Below, piece by piece: positions 25,381-38,755 of a stretch of 64,000 bases of DNA. The notes under the pieces were generated by a model. It saw only the letters and a list, made by a program, of their open reading frames with translations, did no database searches and had not been told where the DNA came from. The DNA comes from Eledone cirrhosa. Lineage: Eukaryota. Where the stretch lies: the NCBI GenBank assembly GCA_964016885.1, contig OZ024743.1:152706001-152770000 (forward strand), written 5' to 3'. The translations under genes and the position numbers were made by a program. Numbering within the stretch: position 1 is the first letter of the stretch; every line of letters starts with the position of its first letter.

Positions 25381-27893
25381 GGAATTTACCCATAAATACG
25401 TTTTGCAAAAATGTGATTGGGCCGTCAGCCAGTTCAAACGAAGAGTCAGAAAAAAACAATTAAGCTTCGGGCGGAGTTTGGTTTTCAAAAAGGGCGAGGT
25501 GGAGGTGAAAACTGAAAGAAAAAAAATATATAGATCCACGTTCCCGAGGAAGAGGAATCTCAAAAGGGGAGATGTTGGGAAAAAAACCCTGAACACCCCC
25601 GCCTAACTAAACGTGGACTATGCGAAATCTCTATAAATAACTGAAGTGAACTGTCAGTAGACTGTGTATAAGGAGTCTCGTTGTAGTGATCTTGTTGGCA
25701 GTTCGAAATTACGTCTAGTGAATACTTAGGCTTTACCTTCGTTCGTACAGGTGTGACACACCATTATAACAGCTAGTGATACTTTTGATGAACAAGCAAC
25801 ACCACATTGTCCAAGCTATAATCAGAATAGTGTTGATAGTGTTTCATTTAACGAACAATTTCACCTCAAATAACAGCTGATGTTAATCTATCTGCTTTTG
25901 TCAGCTTTTGATCTTGATTCTTTTCCCACCCAATCAGTTTAAAGACTGAAGCTTTGATGGGTGGTCTTATGCTGTTTGGGACTGATTAGGATTTGAAATT
26001 TCATCCCACACACCAACTAATACATTTTGCCAGCTTTTTCACAATTACTCTATACTGCTTTGACCAATTTTCTCACCATAACCTTGCCCTTGTCTCTCAA
26101 ATTTCTTCAACCCATATATTAGAGTACCAATCTATCGTTAAACATATTTTACACAAGCCCTTACTGTCTCTGAACCCCCTCCTCTACTTTTAACACCAGG
26201 TATATAGTGTTGAAATCTTGGTACCATCCGAAGTGAACAACTGCACATCAAACAGCACCTTTTCAAATTCTCCTTTCAGGAACATTCTGAGTCTTGACTA
26301 TTATAAATGAAAAAACAGAGGAACATTCCTATTTGTTTTGTTTTTTATTTCCTACAAGGCAATCTCCACAAGAGAGAGATATCATCAGTTGTGCAAACAT
26401 CATCCATAGTTTCTTTGTTTTAGGGTCCGCCAATCTTCAGCTACATTGAAAATGTTATTGTTTACCAACGTTTGTCATTACTGCTATTGTTGTTAATGAT
26501 GCCAACATCAGTCACATTACCAATGCTAGTGGGTTTTGATATTGTTTGCAATGATAATGTTCATTTTTACTGTCCATAGTGCTGTCATACTTGATGTTTC
26601 TTGCAGAATCTTTTGTTCAATCTCTATATTTTGTTCAAATTGAGTTTTCTCTCTTCTTTATATTGAGGCTGAGAGGAAACCTTTTGTTTAAATTTCTTTG
26701 TGCACTCATGTCTGCCACCACCATTGTGGAAGCCTACTACCACAGCTATCAAAGATGCTACGGAATCTTTATTTATTTATTTTTTTTTATTTTTTATTTT
26801 ATGTATAAATGTCATAAGAGTGAAAATATCAAGGTATGTCAAATAAAGTAATATAAATAATTAAAATATTTCACCCCAAATGAGGCAGAAAACGTGAAAA
26901 TAAAAACAAACCTTTGATAAAAACAACCAATTCCCAAATAAAGCATAACATCCAGGGACAGGAAAAAACTCTTTTTGATAGTAATTAAAATAATAATAAT
27001 GACGATATTTAATTTAGGATCAAAGCCAACAATTTATAGGGGGGGAGAAAATCAATTATATGAACCCTAGTAATTTACTGCTACTTTATTTTATCGAAGC
27101 ATAAAAGGCCAAGTTGAATGAAAGAACAAATTGAATATGAAACGTATCACAAAAGGGGTTTTTACTAAGTATTAGGATATTCTAGACTCCTATGGTTCCC
27201 CTTTCAACCTACCCTACTTACCACCATAGGCTTCTAGACCAGAGGTGGGTAAACATTTTGGATCGGGGGACCACATTGACTGGGCCATGAACACCAGAGG
27301 GCCACACCATTTATTATTGGATATAGTGTGCTAGTAACCTTACTTTTCTTCAGTTAGAATTTAGAAAATATAAAATATAAACTGCATGATTATAATTCAT
27401 AAATTAATGAAATGATTAAATACAAAAATCTTAAAACAAACTTTTCTTTTAATTTGTGTTGTATTATTTTGTACCAAATCAAAGGTTTTTATTCAATCTA
27501 AGAATGATATAGAAAGAGTCAATAAGAGAAAAAATTAGTATGGGTTAACAATACAACAAACAAGAACAGAACGAATCAAATCAAAGAGAAGAAAGTGATG
27601 CTATAAAACAAATCATATCATCACATTATTTCCCTTTAGCGTTAATCGTTGTATCGCATTGGCCTCACTACTAAGCGTCCACGGCGTGTTCTTTGTTGTT
27701 GGGGTGTGTTATTCGAGGTTAAGAATGTGTCAGAAGATTCATCGTCGTCGAATTCAGCACTCTCTGTAGGATTGTTATCGGCGGTAGATATACTTTCGTT
27801 CCCAACGGCCACAGGTGTAGATATTGCTGTTGGTTGAGTTAAATTGGTGCCTTTTAGGAAGTTATTATTCTAACACTCCGATGTTGTTGAATT

Positions 27894-30855
27894 TCAATTG
27901 TTTTGTGGTGATGATGCTGGTGCGAGATTTGTAGTTGAGACTGTGTCTATTCTTCCACTATTAAATTGTACCTTGGCAAAGTGAGGTGAGATCGTCTCGA
28001 TGAGTTGAACGTTTTCCGTGAGATCATCACCTTTATTCCTTATGTGAGGTCGATGTAGCACGATTGTGCCCGGTTTATTTAGAAACTCTGGTATTTCTGT
28101 GCCGTTGTTTGTCGATCTGGTGAATGAAAATACTCTTTCATGTGGTGTGGCGTTTGTAGCAGTGCAAAGCAATCCTCGGATAGGCCACAGAGCGATTGGA
28201 ATCATGTTACTCCATTCATTTTTATTGAGATTATTTGTCTTCAATGCCAGACTTATTGCTTTGCATATTATGCCGTTAACTCTTTAGCATTGGCCGTTGG
28301 CTTGGGGTCGATATGGCGTGATGTGGCTTTTTATAATGTGATTACTCCATAAGAAATCTTTGAGTTTTTGTGATTCAAATTGACGGCCCCTATCTGTATG
28401 AATCGGAATGGGTTTTCCAAATATAGAGAATATCTCCAATATATGTTTAATTACTACGTCGGTTGTTATCTCTTTACAGGGAATGGCGAATGGAAAATGT
28501 GAGTACTCGTCAACTATAGTTAACATAAATCGAAAACCGTTTGAGATAACCATGGGACCCACAAAGTCCATTGATAGTCTTTCCCAGGTTCTTGTGGCAT
28601 GTATTAATCTTCCTTTGGGTGGTTTATAGAATTGTGGTTTACATTCACGGCATATTTTGCAATTGGCGATAACTTCTCTTATTTTATTAATAGGATATGC
28701 CAAGTTCATTGATTTACAATAATGTAGAAGTCTGGTGACCCCCGGATGACATAGACGTGAGTGGATATTGTATAATTCGTGTTCCGTCTTAGTAGAGCAG
28801 CAGCGCGATAGGGCGTCTGTGGCTTGGTTTAATGAACCAGGTCTATATGAGAAGGTAAGGTTAAGATCGCTTAACTCCAGTTGCCAGCGGGCTACCTTCT
28901 CGTTTTTAATCTTGGAAGTGTGTTTTTTGTTGAACGCAAATGCAACCGATCGTTGGTCTGTTATGATATTACAATGTGGAACAGCGCTGATCATATGTCT
29001 CCATTTTCTATAACATTCTATAATTGCGCAAGCTTCCTTTTCGATGATGAATGTCCTCTTTCTGACTTATTTAGGGTTCTACTAAGAAAAGCAATTGGAC
29101 GACCATTTTGTGATAGAGTTCCGCCAATGGCAATATCTGATGCGTCGGTTTCGATTATAAATGGTGCAGTGAAATCGGGTGAACACAGTGATGCCTTTAT
29201 GAGTTCCTCCTTCATCTTATTAATAGTAGATTTTTCTTCGTTTGATAGACCTTGTTTATCAATGATGTTTCTTACCTTTGTAAGAACGACTGAGAGGTTA
29301 GAAGAGGCCTTAATCCATTTAGCATAGTATGCAAAAAGACCGAGTACCCGGTTCAACTGTTTTAACGCCTTTGGGAACGGCATGTCAATAAGGGCTTTCT
29401 TTATACTTTTCAGAGACCGGTCTTAATTTACCTTTTTCTATGACATGTTCAAGGAAATGTATTCTATTTTGATTAAAGCTGCATTTGTCTCGATTCAATT
29501 GCATACCTGCATTGTTAGCTGCATTCATGAATTGCTTTAGGTTATGGTTATGTTCTTCGACTGTGTCTCCTCCTATAATAATGTCGTCAAGGTATGAGTA
29601 GGTATTTTGTAAGTTGTAATTGTCTATGAAAGTGTCCATTATTCGTTGGAAAATTGGAACGGCATTTGTGCATCCAAACGGAAGACGGGTAAATTCGTAT
29701 AGTCGGCCACATGCCTCGAATGCAGTCAACTTAAAGTCGGAAGATTTGATGGGTATTTGGTGATAAGCCGCCTTTAGATCTATTTTCGAGAAATACGTGT
29801 TTTGAAATTTTGTTGAGTAGGTCTTCGATTATGGCATTAGGCTATGAATCTAATGGTGTGTAACGATTTATAGTGCCTGAGTAGTCTATGACAAGACTTT
29901 TTTTGTTTTCTTGATCTATTACGAAGCACTGCGCTCTCCATGGGCTTCTGCTCTGTTGAATTATTCCAGCTTTAAGCATTCTGTCGATTTCTGTTTTAAT
30001 GAATTGCTGATCTTTATTGTATTTTCGAGGAGGTATAGATAATTGTTTCTACTTTAGGCACAAGGCCAGCAATTACCCAGTGCATTACTCGTACTTTATT
30101 TTATCGACCCCGTAAGGATGAAAGGCAAAGTCAACCTCGGCGGGATTTGAACTCAGATAGTAAAGGGACGTAACTATGCTGGAAAGCATGGCGTCCGACC
30201 CTCTACCGATACTGCCAATCCACCGAGGAGGTATAGATAATTGTTTCTACTTTAGGCACAAGGCCAGCAATTACCCAGTGCATTACTGGTACTTTATTTT
30301 ATCGACCCCGTAAGGATGAAAGGCAAAGTCAACCTCGGCGGGATTTGAACTCAGATCGTAAAGGGACGTAACTATGCTGGAAAGCATGGCGTCCGACCCT
30401 CTACCGATACTGCCAATCTACCGCTCCTACGAGGAGGTATAGATAATGGTTTTAATTTTGTAGTATCGATACCAGGCATTAAATCATATTCTTGACAATT
30501 CAGAGTTTGCATTGACATACATATCGTGACTGATCTCATGTCCCCCGCATATTTTATTGTTAAAGACTTATTCCTTTTAAGTATATGGAGCAATTAGTTT
30601 GTCAACTACCATTAGATCGATGTGGTATTCTCGGCCCTCCCATTCTAATGTTGTTTCAAACGTACCTTGTATTATGAGTTTACTGTTGTCGGCTAAAATT
30701 ACACTCTTATTCTTAGTTTTCTTGAATTTACTTTGCCATTTCGACAAGAGATTCATGTCAATGAAAGAATTGTCTGAGCCTGTGTCAAGTAAACCTTCTG
30801 TTTTATGTGAATTGACATAAATTGTTAAAAGGTTTGTATTATAATTCACGAACAA
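27894..30855 (-). pseudogene. pol: Gypsy C pol, disrupted
   Basis: LLDTGS, WRAQ, YLDD, ETDASD, HHCC zinc finger, SMDFVGP, TDRGRQF. Confidence 0.93.
30041..30429 (-). mobile_element. Two tandem near-identical SINE copies inserted in Gypsy C pol
   Basis: CGAGGAGGTATAGATAAT at 30026, 30224 and 30430. Confidence 0.95.
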
Positions 30856-33800
30856 AATTTACAATAAGTTGCTGAGAGTGATCTCCCTTGGCTGACTTTA
30901 AAACTTTTTCTTCCATTAGAAATTAATTTGTTTCATGTCTGACTGAAAGACTCTGGAGTTTTTACATGTCGGGTTTAATTAATGAGGAATTTTGAGAATT
31001 CTTCAGTAATTACTATGGAGGACGTTAAACACTTGGACATTTCTACCACACCTGTTTCTATCAATATAGAATAAAATTGTTGTATTATTTTGTATCAAAT
31101 CAAAGGTTTTTATTCAATCTAAGAATAATATAGAAAGAGTCAATAAGAGAAGAAACAAGAACAGAACGAATACAACGAATAAGAATAAAAAGGAATCAAA
31201 TCAAAGAGAAGAAAGTGATGCTATAAAACAAATCATATCACAATTTGTGTCTGTACATCACAAAACATACCAGAACAACCAATTTAATGAGACAAATGCA
31301 ACTGGTCACAATTTGTTACAATTCTTTTAAAATCTGGTACAAAGCTGCTAATAGAAATTCTCAGCACTGCAAGCAGGTTTGTGTCTTAAATTATGGATCT
31401 GTTTATTTAAGTCAGGAAAAACTCTGTTCACAGATGTAAGTTGAACCAAAAATAGAAAATCTGGTAGCAAAACTTCTCACACATGGACATCTTTCATCTG
31501 AAAGAGACTTGTAATTCTCTATCAATGGCACAGAATGAAACATATCTTTCAATGAGTGTTCTACTTGCATGTCAATTAGTTCAAACTGTATTTCTTCAGT
31601 TGCTGTATCAACATCAGCAGTGAAAGGTAAAGTTAACCAATTGAATTCAGGCTAAATCGTTTTGAAATCTGTAAACCCTTCATACTCCTACTTTAAACTC
31701 ATCAGTGATTCAGTGCCCTTGCCCTAATAGAGTTTAGTGCACTTACCACTGGATCTACCACATGCTTCAAGTTCAGTGCAGCTTTACACAGGTTCTCTTG
31801 GTGCAGGGGAAAGACCACATGGCATGATTAGTATGACCTTTTCTGATCTTATTTTCAATGAGTTCCCCCATGCCAAAATCTTTGGTAGCAGCCCCCAGCT
31901 GTTCAGTCAACTCATCACTTATTACACAAATGCATCGTACAATAGTCTATCTTGATAATGAAATGCTTTCAAATTTACCTTTCACCTCAGGGCACACAAT
32001 GCTTGTTTTAGAAACTCTCCATCCGAGAATGGTTTGTTGCTTTTTGCCAGATTGTATGCTAGAATAAAACCTGCTTCTATGGCACTCTTATGATGTGACG
32101 ATAATTTTGAAAACTTAGTGTTTTGCTTGTTCAGTTTTGTCACAAAATCCATTGCCTTTCTTCTCCATTCTTCATCGAACATGTTGACGCCAAAACCCTT
32201 GTGTTTTGTTTGGTGATGTCGATTAAAATCGTACTCTTTGAACACAGTGATTGCCTCTTGAAACAGCAAACATACCACTTTATTCTCGGCACTGGTAAAG
32301 AAATACTTGTGTAGTCAATCTTCTTGGTATAGATGACATTCTTGGTCAATTTTACGCTTTTTATCAGAAGTCATTACAGTCAGAAGAAATTATGTCATGT
32401 AGTTGTTGTGGAAACGAAATGCGGATGTCAACAGCTGCGCATGCACAGTTGTTATGCTGTGCCTGTTATTTGAAATAAAATGGTCACTCCTGCCTTCTGT
32501 CTCTCTTCTCTCTCTGATACAAAAACGTAACTCGATCTAGTCTCGGCTTAAGTATTATATACAAAAATTTGTTTATTTTTTTGTTTTTTATTAATTTGCC
32601 AAATGTTTCCATGAGTCATACAAAACTCTTTGGTGGGTCGCATTTGGCCCACCCCTGTTCTAGACAAATCAAACCATGACAATACAAAATTGTATTGACT
32701 CATAGTTTGTAGCAATAACTACTTCTACTATTACTTCTACACCTACTACCCTTCTAATTCAGTTTGGATGTTTTGCTTGTATTACTGATGGACTGTGATG
32801 ATGGAGCAACCCTAAATATGAATATGAGTCCACCATTCATTCCCAAGTGAGCATGTGTATCTTCTTTATTTCAGACACAGAACGTGAAGGCGCGTGGCTG
32901 AGTGGTAAAAGAATTGAATTCGCAATCATGAGGTTGTGAGTTTGATTCTTGGACGTGCGATGCATATGTCCTTGAGCAAGACACTTTATTTCACATTGCT
33001 CCTTCTACCTGGAGTTGCGACCGATAGATAGTATTAGAAATTGGAAAGACCAACAAGAACATTGTTTCCTTGATCCAATTTGACAAACGTCGATTGAATG
33101 TAAAAAAAAAGAAAAGGAAACACCCATTCTTCTCCCCTCTCCAAGTATTCATTTCCATCTCCCTCTACTACCTCAGTTTATAAATGGGGTTTCATATTTC
33201 TCAGACATAAAATGGAGGGTTGACTTATATTTGAGTATATATGGTATATATATATATACCTCCATTTTTTGTTTTCTTACTTTTTCTCATATGTATTCAC
33301 TAAGATCAATCGGATTTCTTGTTTAACTAAACACTTAGAATTTCTTGGTATCGAGAAAATGTTTTACTCTGCAGAATACTGAATTAGTAATTGTCTTCTG
33401 GATCATCAATAATATTGTCACTTCTTGTTCAGATATGATATTATTAGCTTTTAAATAGATAAATATACAGATTTGTATGAATTTGAATTTAATCCCACTA
33501 TTAAATAGGGATATATTGGTTTCCAAGTAATTATTTTATCATTATATGCATATACTGTGTTAGTCACAATTTTTGTTTGCATATTTAGTAAGCAGTCATT
33601 TGTTATTCTCATAAGTAGTTTGGGAGAGAGAGGTGTTTGAATCCTGATGAACTATTAAATAATAATAAAAATGGTTGGTTTGAACTTCATTTCAAAAGGA
33701 CTTCATTAGCCTAATTTCACAACACCACTAAACACACATGGATATACACATGTATTTTAAAACCATTTTCCCTGCTAAACCAAATGTTAACCTTGCAGGT

Positions 33801-34417
33801 TTCATCACAGGCTTCATCCTCATTATAGGATCATTTTGAGGGAAATGTTTTACAGCTGAATACCCTTCCTAGTTCCTTTTGTTTGCCTCTTACCTATAGA
33901 CCTATAGACCTATAGACGTACCTATAGATGCATAAACAAACACATATGGACATGATTCCATATATTTATTAATTTATTATATCTCTGTATTAGTATTCAA
34001 GTTATTACTAGCTTTTATTCAGGGCATCATCACACAGAACTGGAAATACCCACCTCTCTCCATTTACTTCTATTATGGCAATATTACCAAATTCGTGTAG
34101 TTAATATTTTGAGAGATGTATGAGCAGATTGGTTGAATCAGTAGTGCAGCTAACAGAATCTCTCTTAGCATCTAATTACATCTCTTTACATTCTGAGTTC
34201 AAAATCCTCTTGAAATCAATGAAATGAGTACCAGTGACTGGAGAAAGATGAATTGATTATGATCCTCACTACTAATCAAATGTGGTCTCCTATATAGGAA
34301 TCAATATTTTGACGTATGCAGTTACAGTCTTTTGGAGGAATCTCTGAGATGGTAATTTTGGTGTGGGCATTTTATAATCTACTAGTAATCTCTTTTCCAA
34401 TAGTTTCCTGCCAACAC

Positions 34418-34500
34418 ATGAGAGAGAGGGGACGAGAGAGTAAAGAGAGAGAGAGAGATAGAGAAAGAGAGAGAGAGATAGAGAGAGAGAGAGAAAGAGG
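34418..34500. repeat. (GA)n microsatellite
   Basis: Seen directly. Confidence 0.95.
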
Positions 34501-36386
34501 AACTTCTGGGTGATTGATAGACATGATAGTAAAAGCAAACAAATTACTCTTCAATTACTACCCTACCATCTTAAAAAAGAGATGTTGGATAATGAAGTTA
34601 AAGATAAACTATTTGAATAATTGGTTGGAACACATAGGATCATAGGTCTAATCAAGCAGAGATGACCTTGAACTAAACAATAACAATAACAAAACAACCA
34701 ACAGCAGCAGTAGCAGTAACAACTATGACAACATCAACATCAGCTATAACAATGATACTTATGTCACTGCTTACAGTGAGCTGTGTCTCCCACGGGATAT
34801 GAACTGATGATCATTCAACAGGTAGGTGTGTAAGCTAGTTAGCCTTCACTCACATAGCAATGATAGTCCTCATGAAACCAAGCAAAAATAGATAGAAATA
34901 CATAATACATTATTGGAAATGGTTGAAACAATTATGAAAATAGGGGTGATGTTAGTTAATGAGGAACTGAGATTAGTTTATGAGTTTGAGCAGTATTTGA
35001 GACATTAAACATGTTATAGATGATCATAGAATAAATAACTATGTATATGTTATCTGTATGAAAAAACAATTGTTAAGCTAGTGTTAACATGTTTAATTAA
35101 TGCAAGGAATATTGAAAAGCAAACTAGAAATTATTATGCAGTGACAAAAAAAAAAAAAACACCAAAAAAAATCAATATTAGTCTATGACTAATAAAATTT
35201 CACTTCCTTCAGCAAGTATGTGAGACAACTCCAGAAATACTACAGTCTTATACCAGAGATTTCCCCATACTTGCCAAAGTTGTGATAGAAGTAACACTAA
35301 TTAAATGTATAAAGTTGTACACTGAGGAGTGGGATAATGTTATTTCAAACCTGATGTTTTGAAAAGGTTTATACATACTTACTGAATTATTAGATGTCAA
35401 CAAGTACACCTTTTACTGGCAAGATCACACTTTTCTCACTAATTTAAAAGTGATAAAAGGTATATATTCTATGAGATATATCTATTTCCTTAACTTCTAA
35501 GATACATTAGCTCATATTATATGCTCTAACATATTGAAATATAATAATTAATTTAGGTAGTAATTTGATATCATCATATATTAACATACACATTCAAAAT
35601 ATGGTATTCTCATATGTTGTTGTTAGCCATCCATCGTTTCAGATGAGGAGCACTCCAATTGATTCAATCAATTGAATGGCATGCTCATGAAACTATTGCG
35701 TAAGTGGCTGAACATTCAACAGATAGGTGCACCTTAATACAAGTATGATTTTGTGTGACAAAGCTAGCCTCTTGAATTACAGGTAGAACTTATTTTTACT
35801 AGCTGAGTGGACTGGAGCAATATGAAATAAAGAGACTTGCTCAAGGACACAAAATGCCATCTGGTGCAGGAATTGAACTTAAGACTTTATGAATGTGTGC
35901 TGAACATTAATATTAATAAATCTTCCCAAATCAGAAACTATCCATGAGCACTATCAAATGCATACACTGCCAAACTCAAAAAGGTGCTTTCATGCCTTAG
36001 GCCACCCAATGGTGATGTCAGTCCATATGGTATCAAGGTATGATATGCATGTATATGATTAACACTATATACTGCTTAAAATTAAAATAAACGAATTTAC
36101 TTAGATCCAAAGGTATTCACGAATACAATTAAATACAATAACAGCTGATCCCACAAAGAGACCTTTATGTCAGAGGTCTCTCAATGGGGATCTCAGTTCA
36201 CATGGTGTCAAGGTATGACATACATAAGCATTGATTAAGATGTATCTACACTTGAGCATAGATACATCTAGACCAAGCCAAAGCTGTCCACGAATTCAAG
36301 CATACATTATCCATAAACCCACATATGATATCACTGACCAGACCCATACAGCACAAGAAATGTTAGAATCACCCTACTATATATAT

Positions 36387-36436
<50 letters not shown>

Positions 36437-36443
<7 letters not shown>

Positions 36444-37220
36444 TTATTTAGAGTTATAAACTTAAACAGTCCTTTACAATTAATTAGCTCAAAGAAAGAA
36501 GCATTTCTGAGCCGTGAAATACAAGTTAATATAAATTAATATATGATAAACACAAAAGTGTTTGTATTGTAAAAGACGAAGTTAGCTAGAATGAAATAAA
36601 CTAATTCAAATAAAAATAGTTTGCCTGTCTCGATTTAAAATAATAAATCAATAAAAACAAACCCATATTAACTTGTATTTCACGGCTCAGAAATGCTTCT
36701 TTCTTTGAGCTAATTAATTGTAAAGGACTGTTTGAGTTTATAACTCTAAATATAATATAATATTACTGCTCCTTCTGTTGAGCTAATTTTTAATCCCATA
36801 TAAATGGCTGTTATTTCTAGCGCCATGAATATGGGATAGCTAGTGAGCTGGAAAAACCTCGTGCGTTTGCGCTAGTCAACCAGACCTCCAAAAATTTTTA
36901 GAGGTGAAACATTCTAATTTTTCTGGGTACCTGTTGATAAGCACAGAAAATTGGTATATTTCACTTTTTATACTACCGTTGTGAAACTTATTTGGATTTT
37001 GAAATTCGGATTTTTCTGCGGAACATGTTTGGATTTTGAAATTTAAATTTGTCCAGGTACTACGGCTATTTGCCAATATGGGTTTGTTTTTATTGATTTA
37101 TTATTTTAAATCGAGACAGGCAAACTATTTTTATTTGAATTAGTTTATTTCATTCTAGCTAACTTTGTCTTTTACAATACAAACACTTTTGTGTTTATCA
37201 TATATTAATTTATATTAACT

Positions 37221-37224
<4 letters not shown>
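36437..37224. repeat. Rearranged inverted-repeat module between (TA)n tracts
   Basis: 36440-36531 is inverted at 36665-36758; 36519-36669 is inverted at 37075-37224. Confidence 0.9.
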
Positions 37225-37263
<39 letters not shown>

Positions 37264-37269
<6 letters not shown>

Positions 37270-37442
37270 AACAACATGAGATAATTATTTCATTTGCCAG
37301 TGATTTCTTGAAAGCAAATAAATCTGCTTTCAGTCGTCAGAATGAAAAAATCCTGGTGTTTTTATTGAAAGTGGATTTGAAAACAAAAATATAAGAAATA
37401 TGTGAGTGAGGCTGAGGGAAGAAGTAAAACAGATTAGTATAT

Positions 37443-37503
<61 letters not shown>

Positions 37504-37857
37504 ATTATACATATATATACATAAACATACAGATACACACACATAAATACACACACACACACATGTACACACACTTACATACATATATATATACACATAT
37601 ATATAAAAAATAAATAGAAAAACATATACACACTCGACCACGCGTATATACTTAAAAAATAAGCTGTCACATCAACAGACATAGACAAATACATACACAT
37701 GAAGTCATAATAATAAATAAATAAAAGCAAAAAATAATATTAAAGTCAAATATAAAAAATATAAAAAAAAAAAATAAATAAAAAAAAAATAATGAAAAAA
37801 TAACACGTTGACAACGAGAGAGGAAAAAACAAATACACGTGGTAAGCAATTGCACAA

Positions 37858-37934
<77 letters not shown>

Positions 37935-38030
37935 CATACACATACATATACATATATACACACACATATACAGCACAAACATATACACAAATGAGTATAT
38001 ACATACAAATGAGTATATACATACAAATTT
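37264..38030 (-). repeat. Left arm of a long inverted repeat (partner ~42040-42747); pLTR-like with simple repeats
   Basis: Unique segments between the microsatellites are reverse complements of the right arm. Confidence 0.9.
37289..37346 (-). ncRNA. Hammerhead motif, probably inactivated
   Basis: Inverted copy of 42666-42723; cleavage triplet GTA changed to GCA. Confidence 0.65.
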
Positions 38031-38044
38031 AATAGAAATGTAAT

Positions 38045-38755
38045 CAAAATCAGTTACTCTTGCTGTCCATCAATGCAGATTAAAATTACCAACTGTAATC
38101 GTACGACAGTAAATCTAGGATGCAGTTGCAGGAAGCCGGAAGAGTGCCCATTACAGGGCAAATGTAATACTAAATCCATTGTGTATGAGGCCAAATTGAC
38201 ACCGTTGATTAACAACAAGCCAGCCAGGAGTGAACGATATGCTGGCATGACTCAGGACAGGTTCAAAACCAGGTATTATGCACATGTCGCTTCTTTTAAA
38301 CACATTGAAAAAAGAACAGCAGCGGATCTCGCAAATAAAGTGTGGGAATTCAAAGACAAAAACATTCCGTACACTATCGATTGGTCTATTTTAGACCATT
38401 CAAGAGAATACCAAAGGGGCACAAAGAATTGTTCTTTGTGCACCACGGAAACATTTAGAATTCTCCACTTCCACTTCCACTTGCCTTAACTCCAAGACCC
38501 GAAATCTTCAGATGTTGTCCTCACCTGAAATCGCATCTACTTTTAACTGGATTGACATTCCTACGATGACCCAACCACCTTGAACGTATTTACTCATTAC
38601 GATTATTATTCCTCTCTGAACTCACATTCTTTACCCATATATTCTTTTTCTCCCTCATCACCTCTTATATTTATATTTTTTTCCCTATGATATTTATATT
38701 TCTGTTGACTTATATTCCCCCTACTTTCTACCTTACCCTTTACACACCCACCTCT
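38045..38755 (+). mobile_element. PLE GIY-YIG endonuclease 3' fragment (Naiad-like, tentative)
   Basis: CSC..CPLQGKC..IVY..YAGMT..FKTRY..H..CSLC, then frameshifted LNS..EIFRCCPH. Confidence 0.85.

Larger units (their letters stand above)
19118..25771 (+). mobile_element. Gypsy LTR retrotransposon A (gag-protease, internally deleted); 5' LTR split by Gypsy B
   Basis: 5' LTR 19118-19312 plus 24173-24192; 3' LTR 25573-25771 (TGTT...AACA); PPT aaaaggggaga; TSD gcttg/gctag; degenerate PBS tgacaacgag. Confidence 0.88.
27457..31242 (-). mobile_element. Gypsy LTR retrotransposon C (short LTRs, gag largely missing)
   Basis: LTRs 27457-27624 and 31078-31242 (TG...CA); TSD atttg; purine tract next to the 3' LTR. 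Confidence 0.92.
27240..32657 (-). mobile_element. hAT (Charlie/SPIN-like) DNA transposon, internally deleted, interrupted by Gypsy C
   Basis: TIR CAGRGGTGGG at both ends; 8-bp TSD TTCTAGAC at 27232-27239 and 32658-32665; ORF 31982..32278 KEYDFNRHHQTKH...KPFSDGEFLK. Confidence 0.92.

Noticed and set aside
35620-35710. CAGATGA-gagca..tgctc-GAAA resembling a hammerhead
   Set aside because: Part of a minus-strand SINE; core mismatch and no stem I or III.
38073-38530. Selenocysteine recoding as reported for some Naiad PLEs (also checked 57060-57410)
   Set aside because: Conserved Cys positions are TGY codons; no in-frame TGA at those sites.
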